A stretch of DNA of 51,451 bases from Polyangiales bacterium (GCA_038230375.1 JBBRNJ010000064.1:1-51451); one strand, 5' to 3'; shown: positions 17,831-28,322, counted from the first letter of the stretch. The notes: generated from the letters alone by a model not told the origin. Made by a program: numbers and translations.

Positions 17831-19333
17831 GAGCGCGTCGAGGTGGGCGCGCACCTCGGGGTCTGCGGTGCGAAGATCCTGCACCTTGCGCACGGCGCTC
17901 ATGACCGTCGTGTGATCGCGGTTGCCGAATGCGCGCCCCAGCTCCGGGAAGCTGCACTTCAGGCGCTGCTTGCAGAGGTACATGGCCACGTGCCGCGCGA
18001 ACGCGATGCTCTTGTGGCGATCCTTCGAGAGCAGGTCCGACGAACGAAGCTTGAAGTGGTGGCAAACGACGCGCTGGATGTCCTCCACGCCTTGCTCGCT
18101 GGCGCGAGGCCCGGACGCGTGCAGCAGCTCCGCGCGCACGAAGTCCATGTCGACGGCGTGCTTGGTGAGCGAGCTCTTCGCGGCCAGACGGATCAACGTG
18201 CCCTCGAGCTCGCGCACGTTGGAGCGCACGGACTGGGCAAGGTAGAGGATGATCTCGTCGGAGAGTTCGATGCGCTCGATCTGGGCCTTTTTCCGCAGGA
18301 TCGCGACGCGCGTCTCCAGCTCCGGGCCCTGGATGTCGGCGACGAGCCCCCACGAGAAGCGCGACACGAGGCGCTCCTCCATGCGTTCGAGCTGCTGCGG
18401 GTACTTGTCGCTCGTGACGATGATCTGCTTGTCCGACTGGTGCAGCGCATTGAACGCGTGGAAGAACTCCTCCTGCGTCTGCGTCTTGTTCGCGAGGAAT
18501 TGAATGTCGTCGACGAGCAGCAGGTCGCACCGCTCTCGGTAGCGCGCGCGGAAGTCGTTCATGCGCTGATCCTGCAGCGCCTGGAGGAACTCGTTCACGA
18601 ACTTCTCGGCCGACACGTAGAGGATGCGCGCCTCTGGTCGCTCGGCGCGGAACTTGTGCGCCACCGCATGCACCAGGTGCGTCTTGCCGAGTCCAGTGCC
18701 GCCACACAAAAATAGCGGATTGTGGCGAGGACCAGAGCCACCCGCTGCCGCCATGGACGCCGCATAGGCGAGCTGGTTCGACGGGCCAATGACGAAGTTC
18801 TCGAACGTGTATTTCGGGTTCAGGCCTTCGAGCGGCGGAGGCACCGCGTGCATCGGGCGTGATGCCTTCACGCCGGCCTGTGATCCACTCGGGCCGCGTC
18901 CCGTGTCTGGACCGCTGCGTCCGCCATCCATGTTGGACGTGTTTGCCGTGCTCCCGTAGGCGGGCATCATCTGCCCACCGTAGGAGGACCCGGCGCCCGC
19001 GCCCTGCAGCGGCGGAGGAGGCGGATGGGACGGTCGCTGCGCACGCGCGCGCGGCAACGCTGGCGGCACGGCCACGGGGGTCTGGAGCTCGCCACCCACC
19101 GTCCACGCGACCTGGATGGAGAGGCCGGTCTGGGCCCGCAGGAAGTCGGTGAGGGTCGGAAGGAAGTGACGGTCAACCCACTCACGCACAAACTCATCGC
19201 GCGCACGAAGGCACAGCACGCCCTCCGTGAGCCCTTCGTACTGGATCCCGCAAAACCACTGCTCGAAGCTTCCGGGGGACTTCTCCCGGGTGAACGACAC
19301 GGCGTCGTTCCAGAGGTTCTCTTGGTTGGTCAT
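17804..19333 (-). CDS. dnaA: Chromosomal replication initiator DnaA
   Basis: YTFENFV.GPSN, GGTGLGKTHL, LLVDDIQF, QEEFFH, NVRELEG, FGNRDHTTV. Confidence 0.98.
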   Translation of the reverse strand: MTNQENLWNDAVSFTREKSPGSFEQWFCGIQYEGLTEGVLCLRARDEFVREWVDRHFLPTLTDFLRAQTGLSIQVAWTVGGELQTPVAVPPALPRARAQRPSHPPPPPLQGAGAGSSYGGQMMPAYGSTANTSNMDGGRSGPDTGRGPSGSQAGVKASRPMHAVPPPLEGLNPKYTFENFVIGPSNQLAYAASMAAAGGSGPRHNPLFLCGGTGLGKTHLVHAVAHKFRAERPEARILYVSAEKFVNEFLQALQDQRMNDFRARYRERCDLLLVDDIQFLANKTQTQEEFFHAFNALHQSDKQIIVTSDKYPQQLERMEERLVSRFSWGLVADIQGPELETRVAILRKKAQIERIELSDEIILYLAQSVRSNVRELEGTLIRLAAKSSLTKHAVDMDFVRAELLHASGPRASEQGVEDIQRVVCHHFKLRSSDLLSKDRHKSIAFARHVAMYLCKQRLKCSFPELGRAFGNRDHTTVMSAVRKVQDLRTADPEVRAHLDALERKLGSLD

Positions 19334-19490
19334 CACGAGGTCTTGGGCTACCGGGGAGATGCGGGGGGCGGGAAGGAGGAAGGGAGAAGGAGGGGGGCAG
19401 CGGGAGCTGGGAGGAGGGAGGAGGGCAGGAGGGCACAAAAGTCCTCAGGACCGCAGCTGATGGAGCTGTGGCTCTGGCAACCACCACAGG

Positions 19491-19511
19491 TTATCCACAG
19501 GCTGTGGATAA
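19491..19511. promoter_or_regulatory. Pair of perfect DnaA boxes in inverted orientation
   Basis: TTATCCACA at 19491-19499 and TGTGGATAA at 19503-19511, upstream of dnaA. Confidence 0.9.
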
Positions 19512-20053
19512 CTGATGGAGCCCCCCTGATGCTTGTTGTCCCCCGCCGACGGCCCCATCGCTTCGAGATAGCTTCGAGAAGGCAATTCAAGAAGCAAACC
19601 GGAGCGTTGGAAAATACCTCCGCACTGGCGCGGCGGCACGGGCCATCTCCTCACGAGAAGCTAACCCCATGCAACCACCCAGCTTGGGGTGCGAAATCCA
19701 CCCCGCACCGCGACGTGGACGACGTTGGTACATGCCTTTTTTTTGTTCGTCCACGGTCGTTTGCAAAAAAGTGACAACTGCATGAATTTGCGAACGATTA
19801 TTGATTGTAGAGCACCCGAGATTTGAGAACGCTACCGCGAGATTCTGGGGGTGCTTACGCAAGTGGGCGTCGTGACATCGTAATCGGGTCGACACAGCAA
19901 GTTTGCTTCCTGGGGCAAGTTTGCCACCTTGGTTTTCTCCGAGCGAATCGTTGTCAAGAGACGACGTTGTGCGACAAAAACCAAGTGTTCGACGTGTCAA
20001 ACCGATGACGCACCCCCTGCACGCCCATCCAAGAATGGCCAAAAATTATCCCC

Positions 20054-21076
20054 TTGACCCCTTCCGGGGTTAGAGCTTGGCGTGTGGCCCCCTCTGCTCG
20101 TCGTGTATTGACACCGAAAACCACCGCGTTCGCCCTGGTTTTTGCGGGGATCTTCGCGTTCGGAACCGCGCACGCCGACCCCTCGAAGACAACTGTCGAG
20201 CAGGGGTTCGAAGGAGGCGAAGTGCAACATCCGCGGGGTGTCGCCATGGGCGGTGCCCAGGCCGCTTTGGGACAGAGCACGGCCGCGATCTGGCTCAATC
20301 CAGCTAACCTCGCCCTCGCCCGCGTCTATCACTTCGAAGGCATCGCGGCCGGTGGGCTGGAGGCGCGACGTCAGCAGTACGGGGGCGCGATCGCCGACTC
20401 GAGCACCAGCCGCATCGCCGGTGGCTTCGGAGGGACCTATTCGATGCTGGATCCCGACGGGATCCACCGCAGCTGGACCGACCTGCGATTGAGCGTCGCC
20501 TACCCGCTCTCCGACCGCGTCTCCGTGGGCGCGACGGGTCGCTATCTGCGGTTGCAGCAGGCCGTCAACGCGGGGCCGCTCGGGACGAGCCAGACGTCTG
20601 CGGGCACGCCTGGCGACCCCATCTACAACGGCTTCACCTGGGACGCTGGCGTCACCGTCATCCCCACGCAGGGACTGTACGTGGCAGCCGTGGGTCGCAA
20701 CCTGACGCCGAACGGCGGGACGCTCGCGCCGCTCTCCGCGGTCGGGGCTGTCGGCTACACGGCCGGCGCGTTCACCGTGGAGGGGGACGCCAACGCGGAC
20801 TTCTCGACGTACGCGGAGACGCGCGGCCGCTACATGCTCGGCGGCGAGTATCTCCTCATCGACAAGGTGCCCATTCGCCTTGGCTATCGCTACGACGACG
20901 GGACGAAGACGCACGCCATCTCGGGCGGCGTGGGCTACGTCGATCGCAAGTGGAGCGTGGAGCTCGGCATCCGACGCGACGTCTCGAGCGATCATCCCGC
21001 GACGCTCGGCGTGCTCGGCCTCCGCTTCTTCTACGACCAGACCGGCTCCGACGAGATGTCGGACCCAGGGCTCTAG
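20054..21076 (+). CDS. Outer-membrane beta-barrel protein (FadL/PorV-like)
   Basis: Signal peptide, AMGGA..A.....AIWLNPANL motif, amphipathic strands; start uncertain. Confidence 0.7.
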   Translation: MTPSGVRAWRVAPSARRVLTPKTTAFALVFAGIFAFGTAHADPSKTTVEQGFEGGEVQHPRGVAMGGAQAALGQSTAAIWLNPANLALARVYHFEGIAAGGLEARRQQYGGAIADSSTSRIAGGFGGTYSMLDPDGIHRSWTDLRLSVAYPLSDRVSVGATGRYLRLQQAVNAGPLGTSQTSAGTPGDPIYNGFTWDAGVTVIPTQGLYVAAVGRNLTPNGGTLAPLSAVGAVGYTAGAFTVEGDANADFSTYAETRGRYMLGGEYLLIDKVPIRLGYRYDDGTKTHAISGGVGYVDRKWSVELGIRRDVSSDHPATLGVLGLRFFYDQTGSDEMSDPGL

Positions 21077-21079
21077 TAC

Positions 21080-21784
21080 TCAGCGAAAGCGAACGCAGAG
21101 ATCGTCCGTCGAGTGGCGCGTCGCCAGCACGGGCGCGATCGCCTGCGGATCAGGCTGCGCCTTGCCGCCTTCCACGGACACGAACAGGGGCGATGGCACT
21201 GCGTCCTTTCCACAGAGCTCCGCGCGGGCGAGCGTGAGCTCCGGAGTGCCTTCACCGCGACGCACCTCGATCCGGGCCAGCGTGAGCGGAACACCGTTCG
21301 CCGCGCCCAGACGCACGAGCAGAAGGCGTTCGCCGCTCTCGTCTCTGGGTGGCAGCCTGACCACCTCACGAAGGCGCAGGACGGCCATGTTGCCCGGCGC
21401 GAGCGCCTTCACGAACAGCGGCTCTGGCACGCGCACGTTCGCCCCGACCATCTCACGGGAACCGAAGAGCAAGAGCGCGGGCCGGGTGCCCAGCTCCACC
21501 GGCAACGTGTCGCCCGTGGCGCGCAGGTCCGCGCCGAGCTCGCCGTCGGCTGCGGCGATGAGCTTTGCATCGAACGCGATCGGCAAGGTGGCGTCCCATC
21601 CCACGTGCATCATGAGCTCACCACCGTGGAAGTCGCCGCGGGGCAACGTCACGTCGCGCGTGACGACCAGGTGAGTCGGCAGCACGTCGACGTGCACGCG
21701 CGACACGCTGGGGAGCATCGGCCACCGCGGCTCGGGCGCGGTCTTCATTCCGAAGAGCAGGGGCACGAAGAGCCACGGACTCAT
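21080..21784 (-). CDS. Hypothetical secreted protein
   Basis: Uninterrupted ORF coupled to the upstream gene; hydrophobic N-terminus. Confidence 0.6.
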   Translation of the reverse strand: MSPWLFVPLLFGMKTAPEPRWPMLPSVSRVHVDVLPTHLVVTRDVTLPRGDFHGGELMMHVGWDATLPIAFDAKLIAAADGELGADLRATGDTLPVELGTRPALLLFGSREMVGANVRVPEPLFVKALAPGNMAVLRLREVVRLPPRDESGERLLLVRLGAANGVPLTLARIEVRRGEGTPELTLARAELCGKDAVPSPLFVSVEGGKAQPDPQAIAPVLATRHSTDDLCVRFR

Positions 21785-23172
21785 CAGCCGAACGGCGCCT
21801 CCAGGGCGCGTGCGAGCTCGCCGACCCGTTGTGCGATGCTCGGTTGTGGCGGCGCGCTGGGGTCCTCCAGCGGGCGCATGGGGCCCGTGATCTGGTTCTG
21901 GATGTCCTTGCCGGCGCGCGGGTTCGCGAACCAGTCGTCGTCGAAGCGGCGAACCATCTCCGTGGACCAGGCCTGCGCTTCCAGCAGCCCAAGGAGCCGG
22001 GCTCCGTCGGACAGGCGCGCGGTGGGCCAGGCGCCCCCGAGGCGCTCTGGAAACGGCGCGCCGAACGCAGCCAGCGTGAGCTCCGTGAAGCGCTCGCTGC
22101 TCGGGTCATCCAGGCCAAGAAGCACGCGCGCGCAGAGCCATCGCACGGAGACCAGCGCGCCCACGGTGAGCTGCAACGCCTGGTCCTTCGCGGGGCCTGG
22201 CGACAGACCAAGGGAGCGGCGCTGGAACGCGACCGCGCAAGGGAGAGCAGCGAGCATGTACCCGAGCTTGTAAGCGGCACGCGGCCACGGATCCTGCGCG
22301 ACGTAGAACGGCAGCGGGCGTGGCGCGCTTCGCCGACGTAGCTCCGCGCCGTACGCATAGAGCACGCGCGAGAAGCTGGCGGCGCCCACCAGCCTCTGCG
22401 CCCGCACCGGAACGATCGCGCGCTCGCGCAGCGCAGGCACCACGTCCGTGAGCCACTCGCGCGACACGCGCGCAGGCCAACCCTCTACCGCGGAGTCGAC
22501 GCGCGCGAGATCGACGCCCGAGAGCGGCGACCAGCTGGGGTCGCCGGAGAGCTTCTTCTGCCGCGCGACGACGTCCTCCCATAGGCGCGTGGTGCGGGAG
22601 AGCAGCGTCTCGGCCGCGGTTCGAAGCTCCTCCGCGGACGACTCGGCGGCGTACGCGAGCGGATGTGCCACGGCGAGGCGCGCGCAGATCTCACGGCGGA
22701 CCATCGAGAGCTCTCGCTGCGGCGCGGCAACGTCGGGTGCGGCAGACAGCATGAGGTCGAGATGCGCGAGCCTTGCACGTGGTTCATGCTCGCACGCGAG
22801 CGCGGCGACGGACGCGGAGAACGAGCTCATGCTGCCAGTGGGAAACGCGAGCTCGCGCTGCTTGCCGAGCGCGAGGAAGAGCGCGCGCTCGAGAGGTGCG
22901 CCGATGCGGAACAGCGTGAGCGCCGCCGTGGCACGACGAGCGCCTTCCCGAGCGAGCGGATCGCCCTCGAGCAGCTTGCCGACGGACTCGAATGCCTTCT
23001 GCCCCGCGAGCGCCCGCGCATCGCCGATGGGGTCCTGCTCGCTGTCCTTCTCGCGAAGGCTCGCGCGGTAGGCGTCCACGCGCCCGAACGCGCGCGCATA
23101 GCCCGCGGAGAGCGTGACCAGATCGCCGGTGGCGAGCGCGAGTTCCACGTCCGGCGTTCCGCGTTGCGTCAT
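21784..23172 (-). CDS. Helical protein resembling a degenerate M3-type peptidase (no HExxH)
   Basis: C-terminal RRFDDDWFANPRAG segment; overlaps the miaE stop; fold assignment is inference. Confidence 0.5.
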   Translation of the reverse strand: MTQRGTPDVELALATGDLVTLSAGYARAFGRVDAYRASLREKDSEQDPIGDARALAGQKAFESVGKLLEGDPLAREGARRATAALTLFRIGAPLERALFLALGKQRELAFPTGSMSSFSASVAALACEHEPRARLAHLDLMLSAAPDVAAPQRELSMVRREICARLAVAHPLAYAAESSAEELRTAAETLLSRTTRLWEDVVARQKKLSGDPSWSPLSGVDLARVDSAVEGWPARVSREWLTDVVPALRERAIVPVRAQRLVGAASFSRVLYAYGAELRRRSAPRPLPFYVAQDPWPRAAYKLGYMLAALPCAVAFQRRSLGLSPGPAKDQALQLTVGALVSVRWLCARVLLGLDDPSSERFTELTLAAFGAPFPERLGGAWPTARLSDGARLLGLLEAQAWSTEMVRRFDDDWFANPRAGKDIQNQITGPMRPLEDPSAPPQPSIAQRVGELARALEAPFG

Positions 23173-23861
23173 CCGTGCACCATCGCGCGCGAGGTCTCGT
23201 GGGCGAGCCGCTCGATGATGCGGCCTTCTGCTCCGGCCAGGACCCGCAGCCGCTCGTCCACGTCCGCGGCCTTGTCGGGCGTCACCGTCTTCGCAAGGTC
23301 GACGTACACGCGGAAGTGTCGCGCCTCGCACGCGAACAGTTCCGTGTAAAATGCATGCAGTTCGCCATCGCCATCGCCGTCGCCGTCGCCGTCGCCGTCG
23401 CCATCGCCATCTGAAGAGCGATCGACGGTCGAGGCCTTGCGTTCGGCGAGCGCGTCCACGATCAGCTTGAAGCGCTCGCACGAGCGCGCCTCGATGAGCG
23501 CCCCGATGAGGAGGCGGTCAACGAGCACCGCCGGCGTCAGGTCCGCGGCCGCACGTGGCGGCATGGTCGCGTGCGCGGCCTGCCGTAGCTCCTGCGCATA
23601 CGGATCCTTGGGCGGCGCACCCAGCGAGAGGCCGCGCGCTGCGATCATCCGCACCACGCGCTGGTAGTGGTCGATCTCGTCGCGGGCCAGGTCAGTGAGC
23701 GCGAGCACCAGGTCAGTGCGCTCCGCGTGGCGCGCGGCCAGCGACAGGGCGTTGGTCGCGGCCTTGAGCTCGCAGTGCGCATGATCGACCATCAACGCAC
23801 CCAGATCGTTCATGGCGTGCGCGATCCAGGCGGAGTCGGTGGGGACCGTGAGGCAGAGCAT
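23169..23861 (-). CDS. miaE: tRNA-(ms2io6A37)-hydroxylase MiaE (ferritin-like diiron) with a (GD)n insertion
   Basis: DHAHCELKAA, EIDH, DRLLIGALIEARSCERF, EARH. Confidence 0.92.
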   Translation of the reverse strand: MLCLTVPTDSAWIAHAMNDLGALMVDHAHCELKAATNALSLAARHAERTDLVLALTDLARDEIDHYQRVVRMIAARGLSLGAPPKDPYAQELRQAAHATMPPRAAADLTPAVLVDRLLIGALIEARSCERFKLIVDALAERKASTVDRSSDGDGDGDGDGDGDGDGELHAFYTELFACEARHFRVYVDLAKTVTPDKAADVDERLRVLAGAEGRIIERLAHETSRAMVHG

Positions 23862-23876
23862 CTGCTTCCCCTCTTA

Positions 23877-24386
23877 CTACTGCTTGCGCCTGCGCGCTCC
23901 CCAGGTCGCACCGCCGCGCGCGGACAGCACCGCCACCACCAGAACGGCCAGGAGCGCCACCAGGGACGAGAGGTCGCGCACCGCCAGGAGACCGGCCACC
24001 ACGCAGACGATACCCGCAGCCACCGCGGCCGCGCGCGCGCCACCATGACCGAACTTGCCGATCACGAAGCCAGCGAACACCCCGGAGACAGCGAGCGCCA
24101 CGACGTGCGGCGCTACGTAGGACGCCATCAGCTTGCGCTGCGAGAACGTGTCCAGCGCGGCGATCTTCGCCTGCGTGTCGGCGGCGTCGAGCGCCCCACC
24201 GAGCATGGACTCCGCCACGCCGCGCGCGAACATCCCGGCGGCCGCCGCGAGCGGGAGCCACGCCGCAAACATGGCGACCACACCGAATCCGACCCACTGC
24301 CATTCCGGGCGGTCGGAGTCGTCCTCGCCCTCGCCCGAGGGGGGCGGCTGCGCGGAGAGGACGGGGAGGCGTCGTTTTTCTGCCAC
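23877..24386 (-). CDS. Integral membrane protein
   Basis: About four hydrophobic segments; start of the miaE operon. Confidence 0.65.
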   Translation of the reverse strand: MAEKRRLPVLSAQPPPSGEGEDDSDRPEWQWVGFGVVAMFAAWLPLAAAAGMFARGVAESMLGGALDAADTQAKIAALDTFSQRKLMASYVAPHVVALAVSGVFAGFVIGKFGHGGARAAAVAAGIVCVVAGLLAVRDLSSLVALLAVLVVAVLSARGGATWGARRRKQ

Positions 24387-24420
24387 GGGATCATTCTAGC
24401 GCACTAAAAGAGGGCCCGTC

Positions 24421-24873
24421 GTGGTGCCGAACTTCGAGCTCGATCCCGTCCATTCCGTCTCGCGCGTGCCGCTCCGTGTGCGCTTTGGCGAGACGGACCT
24501 CATGGGGATCGTCCACCACGCGAGCTATGTGGTCTATTTCGAGGCCGCGCGCGTCTCGTGGCTGCGGCGCCGCGGCGTGACGTACCAGACGTGGGCCACG
24601 GCAGGAATCCACCTCCCGGTCGTGGACATCGCGATTCAGTACAAACGCCCCGCAAGGTTCGAGGACGAGCTCTGCATCGAGACCACGCTCTCCCAGGTGA
24701 CCACGGCGACGCTCACGTTCTCCTATCGCATCCTGCGGGACGCGGAGCTCCTCACGACCGGCCACACGCGCCTCGCCTGCGTGGATGACGGGCACGTCGT
24801 GCGCAGGATCCCCGTTGAAATGAAGTCCGTCCTTGTTTTGCCGGAGGACTCGCGGCTAACCTCGATGCCATGA
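24421..24873 (+). CDS. Acyl-CoA thioesterase (YbgC/FadM hot-dog fold)
   Basis: VRFGETDLMGIVHHASYVVYFEAAR, YKRPARFED. Confidence 0.9.
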   Translation: MVPNFELDPVHSVSRVPLRVRFGETDLMGIVHHASYVVYFEAARVSWLRRRGVTYQTWATAGIHLPVVDIAIQYKRPARFEDELCIETTLSQVTTATLTFSYRILRDAELLTTGHTRLACVDDGHVVRRIPVEMKSVLVLPEDSRLTSMP

Positions 24874-25262
24874 GGCGGCTTGCCACCACCGCGGGAGGTC
24901 GCGTCGCGCTCTGCGTGGGGCTTCTCCTTGCCGCCTGCGGGGGGAACAAGGGCTCCAAGCTGCTCGAGGGCACCTGGCGCGGGCTCGGCGCGGACGGGGT
25001 CTCCGCCGACGCGCAGGGAAACGCAAACCAGTTCGCTCAGACGATGCAGCTGGAGTTCAAAGGCGACTCGCTCACCGTCACGGCGAACGGCACCAAGCAA
25101 CAGAGCCCTTTTCGCGTGCTGAAGGAAGAGAAGACCGTGGTGCAGATCCTCCCGGGCACCGACACGGAAGGTCAGCCCGAGACCTTCACCATGGTCGACG
25201 ACTCCACGATGCGCTGGCAGGTGAGCGGCGCGAGCACCATCACGTTCCGCAAGCAGAACTGA
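24870..25262 (+). CDS. Small beta-rich lipoprotein
   Basis: Lipobox LAAC; LEGTW motif. Confidence 0.7.
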   Translation: MRRLATTAGGRVALCVGLLLAACGGNKGSKLLEGTWRGLGADGVSADAQGNANQFAQTMQLEFKGDSLTVTANGTKQQSPFRVLKEEKTVVQILPGTDTEGQPETFTMVDDSTMRWQVSGASTITFRKQN

Positions 25263-25284
25263 GCGCACGCACCGGCGGTGCACC

Positions 25285-28221
25285 TCACTTGTGCACCAGC
25301 TCGCGCGGAAACCGCAGCACGCGGGGCTCGTCAAGACGACGCACGCGAAGCACCACCTCGTCCGCCAGCGGCCCGGACAGGCGCTGACGCGCGTCCTTCA
25401 TGAGTGACACGGCGTGGCCGTCCACCTCCAGGACCACGTCGCGCGGCAAGAGCCCCGCACGCTCTGCCTCTCCGCCGGGCGCGACCGCAACGACGATCAC
25501 CTCGACCGGCTCCGTGGTCTCGCCGAGCGTCACGGCGACGCCTCCAGCTGCGTGCTCTCGTGAGCCTTCGTCCGCAGTCTTCGCGATCACGATCTTCACC
25601 TCGCGCGTGGTACGGCCCGCATCCACGTGCGCGGTCTGCGTGCCGCGCCCTACGTCGGTGAGCAGCGCCTCGAAGGTGAGCTCGCCGCCGGGGAGCTCGC
25701 CCAGGCGAAACGTGCCGTCCTTGCCGCTCACTGCGAAGGGCGCCTGCCCTGCCCCCGCGCCGGAAGCCGCGGCGAGGTAGGTGGACACGGAGTCCTTCGC
25801 GATGCGTGCACCTTGCACGGGTGCGCCCGCCTCATCGACCACGCTGCCGGTGATCACGCCCTCCTCCGCAAGCACGATCCTGGGCAACGCAAAGGGGCGG
25901 TCGGCGTGCGCGGAGGCGACTGCGACCTCGACCTCCGCGGGCGCGCGCCCTGCCTTCTTCGCGACGAAGCGCATCGTACCCGCGCCCAGCTCCGTGAAGC
26001 GGAATGCGCCGTCCTTGTCCGTCTGCGCATGCATGGCACCCACGTCCGCGTTCGCCGTGATCTCCACGCCTGCGATGGGCTCTCCGCGCGACGTCTCGAC
26101 GACGCCCGTGACGATCACCGATGGCTCCAGCGTGATCCGCAGCGGCTCCTTGCGCGCATCCGACATCACGCGGCGCGACGCAAACGACGGCGCGCGCACA
26201 TCGAACCGCAGCGCCACGTCTTGCCCGCGCGGAATCGTGAGGTCGCCGTTCTCATCCGCGAAGCCAGTCGCATGGAGCGAAAGCCTCTCGTCGGCCGACG
26301 CAGCGGTGACGATCGCGCTCGACACGCCCTTCCCTCGCACATCCACCACGCGCACCGAGAGCGCCGGCCGCGGCTCCGGCAAGGTCACCTTCACGTCGGT
26401 GCGCTTGCCATCGGCCACGTCAACAATGACGCGCGCGAGTGGCTCGCCGGGGTCCGCTGGGTCTGACACCAGCAGCGTCACGGTCTCCGGCATGGCCGCA
26501 AACGCGAACGTGCCGTCCGACGCCGTCCGTGCGCCACGCTCCATGGAGCCGTGGGTCGCAAGCGCGGTGACCTCCATGCCGGGCACCGCGCGACCTCGTG
26601 GGTCGAGCACGCGCCCTTCGATGCTGCCACCACGACGCATCGTGAGGTCAACGTGCGTGGAGCTGCCGGGGGTGATCGCGACGACGTCACCGAAGACGTC
26701 GGTGTACTCGGGATGCCGCGCGAGCACGCGCACGCGACCTGGAGTGACGGGTGAGAGCGAGAACGTGCCGTCGCGCTTGGACACCCAAGGCTCATCGGGA
26801 AGCACGCCAGGGACCGGGGCCTGCGGCGCGAGCGACGTCCCCGCAAACTCACCATGCGGGATCGCAGGAACGGGCCCGGGGACCACACCGAGCTCGCCCG
26901 CGGGGATCAGCGCCGCCGGCCCCGACAGGCGCGACGTGAAGTGCGCGCTGGTGAAGACACGCGCGCGCGGATCGTCGTCGATCGGGCCGCCGTTTGCATC
27001 CGTTCCGACCACCACGAACGTTGCGCCGTCGATCGGAAATCCGCGTGCATCCACGATGCGTCCCTGGACCTTCGCGCCGCGACCGAGCGACACGCGAAGC
27101 GGCGAGCCGTCCTCGGGGACACTCAGCGAAGGCGAAGGCACGTAGCCCTCCTTCTGCACGGTGACGATGGCGCGGCCCGGACTGAACGGTCCGATCACTG
27201 CCCGTCCGTCCTTTCCGGTCACGGCCTCCAGCGGAAACGGGGAGAGACCGCCCTCCGCGAGCGTGATGCGCGCGGCGGCGAGCGGTGCATCGCCGTCCGC
27301 GTCCGTGACCACCACCTCCGCATTCAGGCCCTGGCCCAGCTTCAGCGTGATCGATTTCGTCTCGCCGCGACCCAGCGACACGGAGAGCTCGGTGACCGAG
27401 ATCTCCGCGCCCAGGCGCGCTCGCAGTGCGTACGAGCCAGGCGACAGACCAGAGATGCGGACGTGTCCTGCGCCGTCCGCCTCCGCCGCGCGCGATGGAT
27501 ACAGCGACACCCCCGCGATGCTGACGGTCGCGTGCGGGGCTGGCTGATCGGAGGCGCTCACCACCGTCACCTCCAGCGTGCCCAGGCGTGAGAGCGTCAC
27601 CACGCACGTCTCGCCGCCGACAACGCCGCTCTTCGTCAGAGGGTCGAAGCCCTTCGCTTGCACGCGCACCCGGTACGGACCGGCGCCAAGGCTTGTGACC
27701 TGCGCCGCGCCGTCGTTGCCCGTGCGCGCGCCGATGGGGACGGGGTCGCCCGTGGACACCTCTACCTCTGCATCGGGGATGCGTGTGTGAGCCTCGTCCT
27801 CCACCACCACGGTAAGCGACTGCGCCGGCGCGAGCGTGATGTCGAGCCGACGCGCACCGGGCTCGAGCACGACCATCGTGCTCTTCCGCGCGAGCCCCTT
27901 TGCGTCCACCACGACGTAGTGCTCGCCACGCGGCATCGTGGTGAGGCGCCCCACGCCCGCTGCATCGGTGTGCGCGCTCTCGGCGTGGTACGCGCGGCCC
28001 GCGATCATGAGGTACGCGTCGATGGTTGCATTCTGCACGGATTGACCGGCCTCGGTCTTCACCACCACGTCGAGCCGCGCGTCGCGGGGGCCATGACTGT
28101 CCGGCACCGAAGGGGCCTTCTGCTCCACTGGCGGCGGAAACCCCACGAGCTCGCTCCCAGGAAGCATCCCCACGAGGAGACACAGGATCGCGGAGAGCAG
28201 GATGCGCGCGGCCTTGTCCAT
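25285..28221 (-). CDS. Carboxypeptidase regulatory-like repeat protein with a C-terminal PDZ domain
   Basis: Repeated G.V.D..G.P..GA...TD..G.F units; PDZ-like GG.AERAGL...DVVLEVDG. Confidence 0.85.
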   Translation of the reverse strand: MDKAARILLSAILCLLVGMLPGSELVGFPPPVEQKAPSVPDSHGPRDARLDVVVKTEAGQSVQNATIDAYLMIAGRAYHAESAHTDAAGVGRLTTMPRGEHYVVVDAKGLARKSTMVVLEPGARRLDITLAPAQSLTVVVEDEAHTRIPDAEVEVSTGDPVPIGARTGNDGAAQVTSLGAGPYRVRVQAKGFDPLTKSGVVGGETCVVTLSRLGTLEVTVVSASDQPAPHATVSIAGVSLYPSRAAEADGAGHVRISGLSPGSYALRARLGAEISVTELSVSLGRGETKSITLKLGQGLNAEVVVTDADGDAPLAAARITLAEGGLSPFPLEAVTGKDGRAVIGPFSPGRAIVTVQKEGYVPSPSLSVPEDGSPLRVSLGRGAKVQGRIVDARGFPIDGATFVVVGTDANGGPIDDDPRARVFTSAHFTSRLSGPAALIPAGELGVVPGPVPAIPHGEFAGTSLAPQAPVPGVLPDEPWVSKRDGTFSLSPVTPGRVRVLARHPEYTDVFGDVVAITPGSSTHVDLTMRRGGSIEGRVLDPRGRAVPGMEVTALATHGSMERGARTASDGTFAFAAMPETVTLLVSDPADPGEPLARVIVDVADGKRTDVKVTLPEPRPALSVRVVDVRGKGVSSAIVTAASADERLSLHATGFADENGDLTIPRGQDVALRFDVRAPSFASRRVMSDARKEPLRITLEPSVIVTGVVETSRGEPIAGVEITANADVGAMHAQTDKDGAFRFTELGAGTMRFVAKKAGRAPAEVEVAVASAHADRPFALPRIVLAEEGVITGSVVDEAGAPVQGARIAKDSVSTYLAAASGAGAGQAPFAVSGKDGTFRLGELPGGELTFEALLTDVGRGTQTAHVDAGRTTREVKIVIAKTADEGSREHAAGGVAVTLGETTEPVEVIVVAVAPGGEAERAGLLPRDVVLEVDGHAVSLMKDARQRLSGPLADEVVLRVRRLDEPRVLRFPRELVHK

Positions 28222-28322
28222 GAACGCGCCGTCAGGCTAATCGACCTTCGGCGGACTGTGGGCTGTCCTCTGCATGGGGTGCTACGCTCCGCAGCGTGAG
28301 GGGCACGCTCCAACGTTCGGCG

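Noticed and set aside
19334..19438. Pro-rich N-terminal extension of DnaA
   Set aside because: It is the translation of the low-complexity leader; DnaA domain I begins at MTNQENLW
19587..20042. ORFs in the dnaA upstream region
   Set aside because: Atypical codon usage and no motifs; treated as noncoding
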